From positions 1-24,268 of the forward strand of contig NW_021836377.1 in the NCBI RefSeq assembly GCF_006345805.1: DNA of 24,268 bases, in the 5' to 3' direction. The position numbers and the translations under genes are program-made. The notes under the pieces were generated by a model. The model was not told the DNA's origin, did not search any database, and worked only from the letters and a program-made list of their open reading frames with translations. Source of the DNA: Octopus sinensis (lineage: Eukaryota). This document shows positions 8,817-19,292 of the stretch, piece after piece (position 1 is the stretch's first letter; every line of letters begins with the position of its first letter).

Positions 8817-10319
8817 TCAGGTGTAGTTTCGGCGGATTTCGGAAAGCATGAGGGCCTTAAAGGATGCAGTGTCATGGCAGTCAACAACTGACGCAGGCAG
8901 TTTGTTCCATTCTTCAGCAACCCTGAGCATGAAAAAATGTTTCCGAAAGTCATGGGAGCTGTGCTGTTTTCTGACTTTGTAGGCATGTCCACGTGTGTTA
9001 GAAACATTGAGATCAAAAAGGTGTTCAGTGTTGTTGTTGGTGAGGTGGTTGATAACCTTGTGGGTGTTTACCAAGTCCGTCGCCAGACGCCGGAGCTTCA
9101 GTGAATCCATGCCCAGGGAAACAAGGCGCTCAGAATATGGTAGGTGTCTGATGGAGGGTATGCGTTTGGTTGCTCGTCTCTGGACAGATTCCAGGAGGTC
9201 AATGTTCTGAGCAAGATAGGGATTCCAAACTGATGATGCGAATTCCAAGTGTGGTCGTACATTAGCTGTATAAAGTTTTAAATAGATGGCTGGAGAGCGG
9301 CTAACAAAAGTCTTGCTGAGTGATGCCAAGGCACCCTCGGCCTTCTTGACAATTTTAGAGATATGCTTTGTCCAACGCAAATCACTGCTGACAGTGATGC
9401 CTAGGTCACGCTCGCAAGAGGGTTTCTTGATATCAGTGTTGTGGAGGGAGTATGTGGACGCAGGGTTTTTTCTCCCAAAATGCATGGTGGTACACTTGTC
9501 CACAGCCAGTTTCAGTTGCCAGTCTGTGACCCATTGCTGCATTGTGTCTAGGTCTGATTGCAGGAAAGAGTTGTAGACATCAGGATCAGTCCTCTTGATT
9601 TCAAGGTACAGCTTGATGTCATCTGCATATTTCAATACTGTGGCATTCTTTAAATTGGCATCTATGTCATTAATGTATGCCACAAACAGGAGGGGACCAA
9701 GGACAGATCCCTGTGGTACACCCGATGACATCTCATATGGTGTAGAGTGCTGTCCTAGAACTGTGACTACCTCCTTTCGGCTGAGGATGAAGGATTTCAA
9801 CCAGTTAAAAAGGTCATCCCCCACACCCATTGCAGAGAGTTTCACCATAAGCCTTTTGTGTGGCACAGAGTTGAAAGCCTTAGCAAAGTCAAGGTAGACA
9901 ACATCCACCCATGAGCCACTGTCAGTGATCTGAGTAATGTCCTCAAGGAACTCGACAAGCTGGTCACTGCAGCTGGAGTTAGGGACAAATCCATATTGTG
10001 AGGGTCGGATGAGACTGTGAGAGCTCCAGAAGTTCCAGAGTGTTTCTCTGACACACGATTCCATCAGTTTTGCAATACAGCTAGTGAGACTGACTGGGCG
10101 ATAGTTGACAGGTGATGTGCGGTCACCCTTTTTGAACAGAGGAATGACACTGGCAGTTTTCCACTGCTCCGGAGTAGCACCATTGTTGAGACAGTACTGG
10201 AAGAAAATAGAAAGCTGGTGTAAAAGGAAGTGCCTGCCACGTTTGAGAAGCAAGTATGTAACTCCATCAAGACCAGGGGAGGCATAGTTGCGCTTATTTT
10301 GAAGGTGACGTCGCAGCAT
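8817..10319 (-). pseudogene. LINE ORF2, reverse transcriptase half
   Basis: Motifs SPGLDG, WKTASVIPLFKKG, NYRPVSLTS, QYGF, YLDFAKAFNSVPH, GVPQGSVLGPLLF, catalytic YADD, RDLG, RPHLEFAS.VWNP, TRGH...WNKLP. Confidence 0.95.
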
Positions 10320-11667
10320 TGCAGGTGTAAAATTCCATAGTTGTTATGGAGTTTGCTGTTAGTGATGGTGAAGATGGTACATTTTGACTTTCGACAGTGA
10401 ATATGTTTGCATAGCACTCGGCAATGAATTCTGCGCATTCCTTGGGGTCGTCAGTGATCTGGTTCGTGTGAGGGTTGCGAAGAGGGCCCACTGGAGAGTG
10501 AGGTCTCTGCTTTGAATGCACATATTTCCAAAAAACCTTGCTGTCAGGATTGGCTGCTATGCACTGTTCAAATTCAAGCACTGCATTTTTTGTCACTTGC
10601 TTGAGATGGTTGGAGGATTTATTCCGCTTCTTCCTGTTGGTGTCTGATTTATGCAACTTGTATTCCTGTTCAGCAGTCCGACGTTCCTTCCTGGCAAGTC
10701 GGACCGCTGAAGTTTCCCAAATTGCCCTTTTGGGGCGGTTCTTCTTTTTTTGTTTACGTGGCACTGATGCTGCACATGCTTCCCATATTGAGTCCAGGAT
10801 ACTCTGGAGTATAGTATTCACATCTCCAGAGTTGTAGAATTCACGCCAGTTTGGGTGCTGTAGTTCAGTGTGGTACAGGTTCCAATCTGCTCTCTTCCAA
10901 TCGAAGGAAGCAGATTGGAGATGGTTCAGGTGTTTGTTGCCCGCAAGAGCCAGATTGGCGATGATCATAGCATGATCAGAGTCACCTAGAGGTTCCTCCG
11001 TAGTGCAATTGATAACCGCTTCAGGAGTTGTGGTGAAGAGCAGGTCCAAGGTGTTGTCGCCTCTTGTTGGAGAGGTGACTACTTGTGACCAGTTTGAGTC
11101 CAGCACAAGCTCAACAAAATCGTTTGCACTCTGTGGCCAACGGAAGGTTTCCCAATCGATCTCAGGATGATTGAAATCGCCTGCAATAAAAACATAAGTG
11201 GCTGTTTTCCTGGCTGCAGCTCGGAGGATGTTGCAAAGCTGTGTGTCCCGATGGTAATTTGGGGGACGATAAACAACGCCAAGCAGGAGTGTTGACATGG
11301 TCATACGTACGTCACAGAAAAAAACTTCTTCTTGTGATTCGTTCAAATCGGCACAAGGAATTACCAAAAAATTTGAACGAACGTAGACCATCACACCACC
11401 ACCACGGCGGTTAGTGCGGTCCTTACGGAAGAGGTTGTACCCCGTGATGTTGAAAACCCCATCACAGAGTAAGGAATGCGCCCATGTTTCCGTGACAGTG
11501 ATGAAGTCAGGGTCAACACTTCTGACGTAGGCGTTGAACAAATGTATTTTGTTGCATAAACTGCGAGCATTTAAGGACAACAATTTGTACCCTGCTCGCA
11601 GTTTATGATGGTGTGTGGAGGATGGCAGGTTGTCCTGGCTTAGTTTCCCTGAGTTGCTGTAGTCTTT
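10294..11667 (-). pseudogene. LINE ORF2, APE endonuclease half (frame open from 11667, no ATG before the domain)
   Basis: Motifs LSLNARSL, ITVTETW, RGGGV, AGDFNHPEI, PTRGDNTLDL, GDSDH. The frame shifts at the A4 run at 10329-10332. Confidence 0.95.
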
Positions 11668-11671
11668 TTAG

Positions 11672-12100
11672 TTATTGTGGTAGAGAGCACTCAGACCAGC
11701 TGGTATCTCTCTTCCACGTTTCATCAGTCTTGACAAATCTCCAGATTTGTCCATCTTCCCGAAGACTGAAGCTTTCCTGTAGAGCTGAGTTCCTATTCAG
11801 GGAAGCCGCTACACGTAGCTTCGGACGTAGATCGGACGGTAAGCCTGGGCGTGTTCGGAAGGTGGTCCGATTTTCACGCCCAGCTTTAACTGAGGCCAGA
11901 TGGTAAGAGGTTGCCTCAGTGTGGTCCGAAAAAGACAGCTTGATGAGCCTAGGTTTTGGGCCAGGTCGTCCAAGGCGGATAGCACCCGTTGGGGGAACGC
12001 AGCCTAGGTCTTTGGCTGAGTTGGCAGCAAATGCCTGAAGATCAGCCATGTCTTCAGGCACCCCAATGGCAATGACTTCATATATTTGTTTGACTGAAAC
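11672..12100 (-). pseudogene. LINE ORF1, C-terminal part (about 140 aa)
   Basis: VIAIGVPED...IRLGRPGPKPRLIKLSF resembles the I.G.PE...RLG...RP/L..V.F pattern of RRM-type ORF1 proteins. It stops immediately upstream of the ORF2 frame. Confidence 0.7.
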
Positions 12101-12103
12101 CAT

Positions 12104-12160
12104 GAAAGCGGTGCCCCAGCATGGCCGCAGTCCAACGACTGAAGCAAACAACAGATAACT
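12104..12160 (+). mobile_element. SINE 3'-end remnant abutting the LINE 5' truncation point
   Basis: aaagcggtgccccagcatggccgcagtcc.a.gactgaa matches the family A 3' end (aaggcggtgctccagcatggccgcagtcaaatgactgaa). Confidence 0.7.
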
Positions 12161-12495
12161 GATTTGGTAGGTTGTGAGACCAAGTTTAAGGAGAAATTCA
12201 GTAAATTAATTTACAGTACCATCGACTGATTTAACTTTAGATGAACCTGCTGCTGTTGTTGTTGGTTTTGTCTCTAATCGAGTAAATGTATTCCAGATGT
12301 GACCACCACCTCTTTTTCTTATGTACTGGTAGCCCAGGACTACATTGTCGGAAGTGTGTTTTTGTAAGACACGACAAGGAAAGCCTCTGTACGGTTGCTC
12401 GAAATAGCAGCTACATTCCCCTTAAATTACGCGCTAACGTTACAAAAGAAAAAAAAAATTGATGGCTAAGACTGCATTGAAGAATATAGTATGAA

Positions 12496-12784
12496 ATACA
12501 TCGTGGTTGAGACGAAACACGAGATGGTCATGTTTGGAAGGCTTTTATTCATTATCTTCCTCATCCGTTTGGGCGAGTTACCCGGCATTATACATCATAC
12601 TGGTCTTTCGATAGCTGGAATATATCCTTTGCATACGACTACAAATGATAATAGTTTGCTAATTGAACAGGTTGAAGTATCAGATACATCATGGCTGAGA
12701 CGAAATGTGAGATGGCCATGTTTGGAAGGCTTTTATTCATTATCCTCCTCATTCGTTTGGGCAGGTTGCTCGGCATTATACATC
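12496..12784 (+). repeat. Pair of 101-bp direct repeats (12496-12596 and 12684-12784)
   Basis: atacatc.tgg.tgagacgaaa...catgtttggaaggcttttattcattatc.tcctcat.cgtttgggc...cggcattatacatc occurs twice, offset by 188 bp. Confidence 0.85.
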
Positions 12785-12944
12785 TCATTTGCATACACAG
12801 ACGATAACTGAAATATCTCATTTGCATACACAGACGACAAGAGACGACAGCAGTGTAACTGAACTGGTTAATCTTGGCGTTAAGTTTGTTGTCTGTTCAT
12901 CTCCTGAGTACCTAATGATGCTCGTCAGTGAAGGCACGTGGCTT

Positions 12945-13030
12945 GGATCTTTTCGGTTTGAACGGCAGTTTTTCCTAGCGGTGTCATATTAAATTGTCAC
13001 CCATAATTATGACCCTAGTATCGATCTATT
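12945..13030 (+). mobile_element. Possible left end of a non-autonomous DNA transposon, truncated by the 98-bp array
   Basis: ggatcttttcggtttgaacggcagttttt resembles a terminal inverted repeat I recall from octopus repeats. The partner TIR is not in the window, so this is weak. Confidence 0.3.
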
Positions 13031-14742
13031 GTTTATTCCCATATTCACAGATGACCACTGACTCTGGTTCGGTTGGTTACCAGGTGCTAGACTTTGCCAG
13101 AGAACCACCCGCAATTTGGTCCAGAATTGTTTATTCCCATATTCCCAGATGACCACTAAGTCTGGTTCGGGTGGTTACCAGGTGCTAGGCTTTGCCAGAG
13201 AACCACCCGCAATTTGGTCCAGATTTGTTTATTCCCATATTCCCAGATGACAACTAACTCTGGTTCGGGTGGTTACCAGGTGCCAGGCTTTGCCAGAGAA
13301 CCACCCGCAATTTGGTCCAGATTTGTTTATTTCCGTAGTCACAGATGACCACTAAGTCTGGTTCGGGTGGTTACCAGGTGCCAGGCTTTGCCAGAGAACC
13401 ACCCGCAATTTGGTCCAGATTTGTTTATTTCCATAGTCACAGATGACCACTAAGTCTGGTTCGGGTGGTTACCAGGTGCCAGGCTTGCCAGAGACCACCC
13501 GCAATTTGGTCCAGATTTGTTTATTTCCATAGTCACAGATGACCACTAAGTCTGGTTCGGGTGGTTACCAGGTGCCAGGCTTTGCCATAGAACCACCCGC
13601 AATTTGGTCCAGATTTGTTTATTTCCATAGTCACAGATGACCACTAAGTCTGGTTCGGGTGGTTACCAGGTGCCAGGCTTTGCCATAGAACCACCCGCAA
13701 TTTGGTCCAGATTTGTTTATTTCCATAGTCACAGATGACCACTAAGTCTGGTTCGGGTGGTTACCAGGTGCCAGGCTTTGCCAGAGAACCACCCGCAATT
13801 TGACCCAGATTTGTTTATTCCCATATTCCCAGATGACAACTAACTCTGGTTCGGGTGGTTACCAGGTGCTAGGCTTTGCCATAGAACCACCCGCAATTTG
13901 GTCCAGATTTGTTTATTTCCATAGTCACAGATGACCACTAAGTCTGGTTCGGGTGGTTACCAGGTGCCAGGCTTTGCCAGAGAACCACCCGCAATTTGGT
14001 CCAGATTTGTTTATTTCCATAGTCACAGATGACCACTAAGTCTGGTTCGGGTGGTTACCAGGTGCCAGGCTTTGCCAGAGAACCACCCGCAATTTGGTCC
14101 AGATTTGTTTATTTCCATAGTCACAGATGACCACTAAGTCTGGTTCGGGTGGTTACCAGGTGCCAGGCTTTGCCATAGAACCACCCGCAATTTGGTCCAG
14201 ATTTGTTTATTTCCATAGTCACAGATGACCACTAAGTCTGGTTCGGGTGGTTACCAGGTGCCCGGCTTTGCCATAGAACCACCCGCAATTTGGTCCAGAT
14301 TTGTTTATTTCCATAGTCACAGATGACCACTAAGTCTGGTTCGGGTGGTTACCAGGTGCTAGGCTTTGCCAGAGAACCACCCGCAATTTGACCCAGATTT
14401 GTTTATTCCCATATTCAGATGACCACTAACTCTGGTTCGGGTGGTTACCAGGTGCTAGACTTTGCCAGAGAACCACCCGTGATTTGGTCCAGAATTGTTT
14501 ATTCCCATATTCCCAGATGACAACTAACTCTGGTTCGGGTGGTTACCAGGTGCTAGACTTTGCCAGAGAACCACCCGTGATTTGGTCCAGAATTGTTTAT
14601 TCCCACATTCACAGATGACCACTAACTCTGGTTCGGGTGGTTACCAGGTGCTAGGCTTTGCCAGAGAACCACACGCAATTTGGTCCAGAATTGTTTATTG
14701 CCATATTCACAGATGACCACTAACTCTGGTTCGGGTGGTTAC
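13029..14742. repeat. 98-bp tandem array (about 17.5 monomers) with an internal inverted repeat and a 6-monomer higher-order duplication
   Basis: cagatgac starts at 13048, 13146, 13244, 13342, 13440, 13536, 13634, 13732, 13830, 13928, 14026, 14124, 14222, 14320, 14416, 14514, 14612 and 14710. Confidence 0.97.
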
Positions 14743-15046
14743 CCACATTCACAGAAGACCACTATTCACATGGCTGGGCCCCCGAGAGGTGGCACTTTTC
14801 TGGTCAGAGCAGACGGATTAATGCGTTGTATCCTTGAGCAAAACACTTCATTTTACGTTCCTATGCAATCACTTCAACATCTGACGTGTTGCACACGATG
14901 CACCTGTACGGAAAATGTTGATTTGATGCAGGGATGGAGCTTAGGCGCAGTGCAAATATTTGGCCGCTGTAAACGAATCATCTGTACAGGTTGTTCAGCA
15001 GGAAATTGCTGAAATGTCACCCGCCGCCTACGACAGGAGAGTTCAT

Positions 15047-15186
15047 GATATGTGTGTGTGTGTTTGTGTGTGTGTGTGTGAATATATGTTTGTATGTATG
15101 TACGTATATGTGTGTATATAGATATGCATATGTATATATGTATATATACATATATATATATGTGTATATATATATATATATATGTG

Positions 15187-15228
<42 letters not shown>

Positions 15229-15472
15229 GCTTATGTAAATGTATGTATATACATGTAAACCCATATATGCATATATATATATACATTACACACATGTATA
15301 TTATATATATATGTGCATGCATATATATTTGTGTATGTATGTATGTATGTATGTATGTATGTATGTATGTATGTATGTATGTATGTATATATATATATAG
15401 ATATATATATATATATATATATATACGCGTGTGTGTGTGTGTGTGGTGTGTGTGTGTGTGTGTGTGTGTGTG
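15047..15472. repeat. Compound (GT)/(AT)/(ATGT) microsatellite
   Basis: Visible directly in the sequence. Confidence 0.95.
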
Positions 15473-15657
15473 ACTGCTTCTATTGATATTTGGTCTGTAT
15501 TTGAATATAATTTTGCTTAGCTAACAAAATAAAGGCCAAAATAATCATTTTTTTTTTTAAAAAGGGAATATAAGACACAGGCGTAGAACATAAAACAACC
15601 TGTCCAATCAATGACATAAAGCAGTTCAGTCGCAGTATCTTTTGCCTTCTTGTGGGC

Positions 15658-15730
15658 ACTTTAAAAAAAGTGTGTCAAAACTACTACTTTAATTCTGGTC
15701 TCCATAGCTGACGAGAGGTGCTCTATGTCT

Positions 15731-15811
<81 letters not shown>
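15658..15811 (+). repeat. Direct repeat copy 1 (about 75 bp unique + (CT)n + (AT)n)
   Basis: Matches 16421-16606 except for a 2-bp gt indel and microsatellite length. Confidence 0.9.
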
Positions 15812-15815
<4 letters not shown>

Positions 15816-16215
15816 CTGGCTCAAAGAAGTTCTTGCTTTACAAACGAAGAACTTTTCCAGGTGATATTTTTTTGCATTCTCTTCAGAGTTGAAGTTCTGT
15901 CCATTCAATGTTGGGCGAACATCGAGTGTGAGGTAAAACTTCCCAGCCAAACTTCAGTAACGTCTGCCGTCATTGCAAAGAAGTGAGCAGTCTGGCATTG
16001 TCGTGATGAAAGACAACGCCCTTACGATTAGTAAGTGCTGGACACTTCTGGTGGATCGCTGTGCTTAATTTGTCCAGCTGGTTACAGTGCACGTCCGGCC
16101 TGTACACGGGAAGTAGCTCGTAAAAGAATACTTTTCCAATCCCGCCATATTGAGAGCATGACTTTCTTTTGGTGAAGTCCAGCTTTTTTCGTGCCACTCG
16201 TAAGGCAATGCTTAT
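15812..16215 (-). pseudogene. Decayed mariner (Tc1/mariner) transposase, C-terminal catalytic region
   Basis: Across frameshifts: KAGLHQKKVMLSIWRDWK / FYELLP..HCNQLDKL.TAI.QK.P.L.NRKGVVFHHDNAR..TSLQ*RQ.LLKFGWEVLPH...SPNI / LNGQNFNSEE..K.HLEKFF..K. These match the HDNARPHT and WEVL.HPPYSPD mariner signatures. Confidence 0.9.
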
Positions 16216-16420
16216 TTTCTTTTTTCGTTGAACTGTATCGCATCTATCTGTTTTTCTTAAGTTTTCTCTCTCACTCGTATGCAGTGGTACACCGTGTTTT
16301 AAATTGTTTTTTCCCATTTGTAATGTCTTTCACTCCAGTAATCTTTTATTATCCTTGACGCACACAGAAAAGTACTTCTTTGGGATTAAGACACCAATAT
16401 TATGCTTATTAAGTCTCCAG

Positions 16421-16534
16421 ACTTTAAAAAAAGTGTCAAAACTACTACTTTAATTCTGGTCTCCATAGCTGACGAGAGGTGCTCTATGTCTAACTCTCTC
16501 TCTCTCTCTCTCTCCTTCTCTCTCTCTCTCTCCT

Positions 16535-16606
<72 letters not shown>
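16421..16606 (+). repeat. Direct repeat copy 2
   Basis: actttaaaaaaagtgtcaaaactactactttaattctggtctccatagctgacgagaggtgctctatgtctaac + (CT)n + (AT)n. Confidence 0.9.
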
Positions 16607-16608
<2 letters not shown>

Positions 16609-17109
16609 AAAAAATATATATAAAAATACGAAATGGGACAAGAACGCAAAACACTCAAAGAGACGACACAAAAAACGGACGGGTCATTCGAAGCCTCTAA
16701 TCCTCAGTCAAGAACCGGATCATCCTCGCAATTTCGGCTGATTAATCTTTATATATATATATATAAGGTTCATGTCTACTGTTTATGTAGCCAGTGTACA
16801 TATATATATATATATATATGTATATGCATTTTCATAGATGTGTGTGTGTGCTATTGTCAGGTTGTTCGTTGTTTGCGAGTTATGTCGTAAACATTTGCTT
16901 GCCTTGCTTTGCCATGTGTCTTCACAAGTGTGTCTGCGACTGTGTGTGTGTGTGTGTGCGTGTGTAAGTGCTTTTGTGTGTTTGGCTGTGTGGTGTTCAC
17001 ATGTGTGTGTCTTTTAATGTCGTCGTCGGTTGTGTCGTGGTGGGCGCTGTGTATGTCTATGTTGCGCTGCGCAGTGTATCTTTGGGTCGTCGTCATTATC
17101 ATTCTGTCC

Positions 17110-17960
17110 CCCTCATCTCTCTCTCTCTCTCTTTCTTCCCATCACTTCCTCCCTCTACCTCTCACTCCCATCTCTCTCTCCCACTCCCTCTTCATCTCTC
17201 ACTCTCTGTCCCTCTCTTTCTACCTCACTCTTTCCTCCCTTCATTTTCTTTATCTCTCTCTCTCTCTCTCTCTCTATCCTCCCTCCCTCTACCTCTTACT
17301 CCTGGCTCTCTCTCTCCCATTCCCTCTTCCTTTCGCCCTCTCCGTCCCTCTCTCTACCCTACCCTTTCCTCTCCTCATTCTCTCTCTCACTTCCTCTACC
17401 ACTCACTCCTGTCTCTCTCTCTCTCTCTCCCACTACCTCTTCCTCTCTCCATCTCCCTCTCTCCTTTCCTTTTACTCCCTTCCTCTACCACTCACTCCTG
17501 TCTCTCTCTCTCTCTCTCCCACTACCTTTTCCTCTCTCCATCTCCCTCCCTCCCTTCCTTTTACTCCCTTCCTCTACCACTCACTCCTGTCTGTCTCTCT
17601 CTCTCTCCCATTACCTCTTCCTCTCTCCATCTCCCTCCTCTCTCTCTTTCTTTCTTACTCCTCCTCCCTCTTACCCAGCCTCTTGTTACACTACTCCCCC
17701 GTCAGCTCTACTCCATCCTCCATATTCTCTCGTCTGCATTTATTTTCCTCCTCCTCTTTGCTTCAACACTTACCCACCTCTTCCCCCTCCTCTATCTTCC
17801 TTTTATTTATTTTTTGTTTTACTCTCTCTCTCACACTTCTCCCCGTTTATACCACTAAGTCTCTTTCTCTTTTACCTCTCTATTCCCTCTCTGCTTATCA
17901 AATTCTACTTCACATTTCTTCTTTACCTCCCCACCTCCACTTCTAACACTATTCCTCTCT
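17110..17960. repeat. Polypyrimidine low-complexity tract containing an 89-bp minisatellite (3 copies)
   Basis: ttcctctaccactcactcctgtc starts at 17391, 17480 and 17569. Confidence 0.85.
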
Positions 17961-18137
17961 CCAATTGCTCCCTCCTCTCTCTCTCTTTCTTATCACTTTT
18001 TGTCTCTCTTCCCCTGCGATCTGTTTATTCATCATTAATACTTTTTTTCGCTCTCTCTGTCTGCCCTCATCTCTTTCTCAACTTTTTATCGTTCCCTCTC
18101 AGCCACTGCCCCTTTCTTTCTTTGATAGTATTTTTTT

Positions 18138-18138
<1 letters not shown>

Positions 18139-18233
<95 letters not shown>

Positions 18234-18242
18234 CCTACCTAC

Positions 18243-18302
<60 letters not shown>

Positions 18303-18385
18303 TTACCTATTTATCTATCTATCTATCTGTCTGTCTATATCTATCTGTCTATCTATATCTATCTATCTACCCACCCATCTATCTA

Positions 18386-18432
<47 letters not shown>

Positions 18433-18450
18433 CTCTCTCTCTCTCTCTCT
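18139..18450. repeat. Compound (TATC)/(TGTC)/(TC) microsatellite
   Basis: Visible directly in the sequence. Confidence 0.95.
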
Positions 18451-18819
18451 TTCGCCCCCTCTCTCTGCCCCCTCTCTACTGCTGACAGCTTTGTGTAATT
18501 TAGTGACAAGTTTGAAGTTAATTAGGACTTGATGGTGGAGGCCATGGTAGGGATGTTAGTAGCAAGAGTGAAGTGGTGGTGGAGGCAATGATGGTGGTGT
18601 TAAGTATGATGAGAGTGGCGATGACAGTATTGGTGGTGGTTGTGATGGTGGTGCGGTAGGAAGAACTATTGTAGTTCTTGTTGTTGCTGCTTGGCTCAAG
18701 CCAACCCAGATCGAGCAAGACCTTACAATCTAAGAGGGGATTTCCAGCCGTGACTATCCCGTCTGATTTATTATATGTTCAGGGAACCTAGGACCATATT
18801 ATGCGACGAGGTGGTGGCG

Positions 18820-19040
18820 ATAGTTATAATGATGATGATGATGATGATGGTGTAGTGGTGCTGTTGGTGGTGGTGTTGGTGTTGGTGATGATGATGATGA
18901 TGATGATGATGGTGATGGTGATGGTGATGATAATGATGATGATGATGATGGTGATGATGACAGTGATAATGGTGATGATAATGCTAATGCTGCTGCTGCT
19001 GATGATGATGATGATGCTACAAGAGTTTGTGTTGATGATG
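18820..19040. repeat. (GAT)/(GGT) trinucleotide microsatellite
   Basis: Visible directly in the sequence. Confidence 0.9.
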
Positions 19041-19094
19041 ACGGTGGCGGTGCGGTGGAGATGGAAGCGGGGGGTAATGGGAGCGGAGGTGTAT

Positions 19095-19136
19095 GTCTAT
19101 TAGATGTGTGTTTGTGTGTGTGTGTGTGTGTGGCGT

Positions 19137-19167
<31 letters not shown>

Positions 19168-19240
19168 TGCGCGCTCATTTTCCGTATTTATATATGTGTG
19201 TGTAAATGTTACATTAAATTTACATGCGCGTGTGTGTGTG

Positions 19241-19292
<52 letters not shown>

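Larger units (their letters stand above)
8752..12100 (-). mobile_element. CR1-clade non-LTR retrotransposon, 5'-truncated within ORF1, with a 50-nt 3' UTR and an (ATT)n tail
   Basis: ORF1 C-terminus, APE endonuclease and RT domain are colinear on the minus strand. The tail (taa)n lies at about 8752-8766 on +. I found no TSD. Confidence 0.95.

Noticed and set aside
8995-11906. Plus-strand and alternate-frame ORFs overlapping the LINE
   Set aside because: They are shadow ORFs of ORF1/ORF2 with no recognisable motifs.
8740-12120. TSD for the CR1 element
   Set aside because: The 3' flank is (AT)n and the 5' flank is a SINE remnant, with no shared sequence visible.
12101-12151. N-terminus MFASVVGLRPCWGTAF of ORF 11672..12151
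   Set aside because: It is the antisense reading of a SINE 3' remnant fortuitously in frame with the truncated ORF1.
12890-12935. Minus-strand CUGACGA with catc/gatg pairing
   Set aside because: There is no GAAA and no stem I partner.
13029-14742. CRISPR array
   Set aside because: The monomers are near-identical along their whole length with no unique spacers, there are no cas genes, and the context is eukaryotic.
13029-14742. Hammerhead or HDV-like ribozyme in the 98-bp monomer
   Set aside because: There is no CUGANGA on either strand, and I could not fit the HDV nested pseudoknot (P1.1/L3/J4-2) by eye.
12100-14742. Array as 5'-UTR promoter monomers of the adjacent LINE
   Set aside because: The LINE is truncated inside ORF1 at about 12100 and is separated from the array by about 900 bp of unrelated repeats.
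16678-16720. Minus-strand CUGAGGA...GAAU...GUC hammerhead-like string
   Set aside because: It has GAAU instead of GAAA, and stems I and II do not pair.
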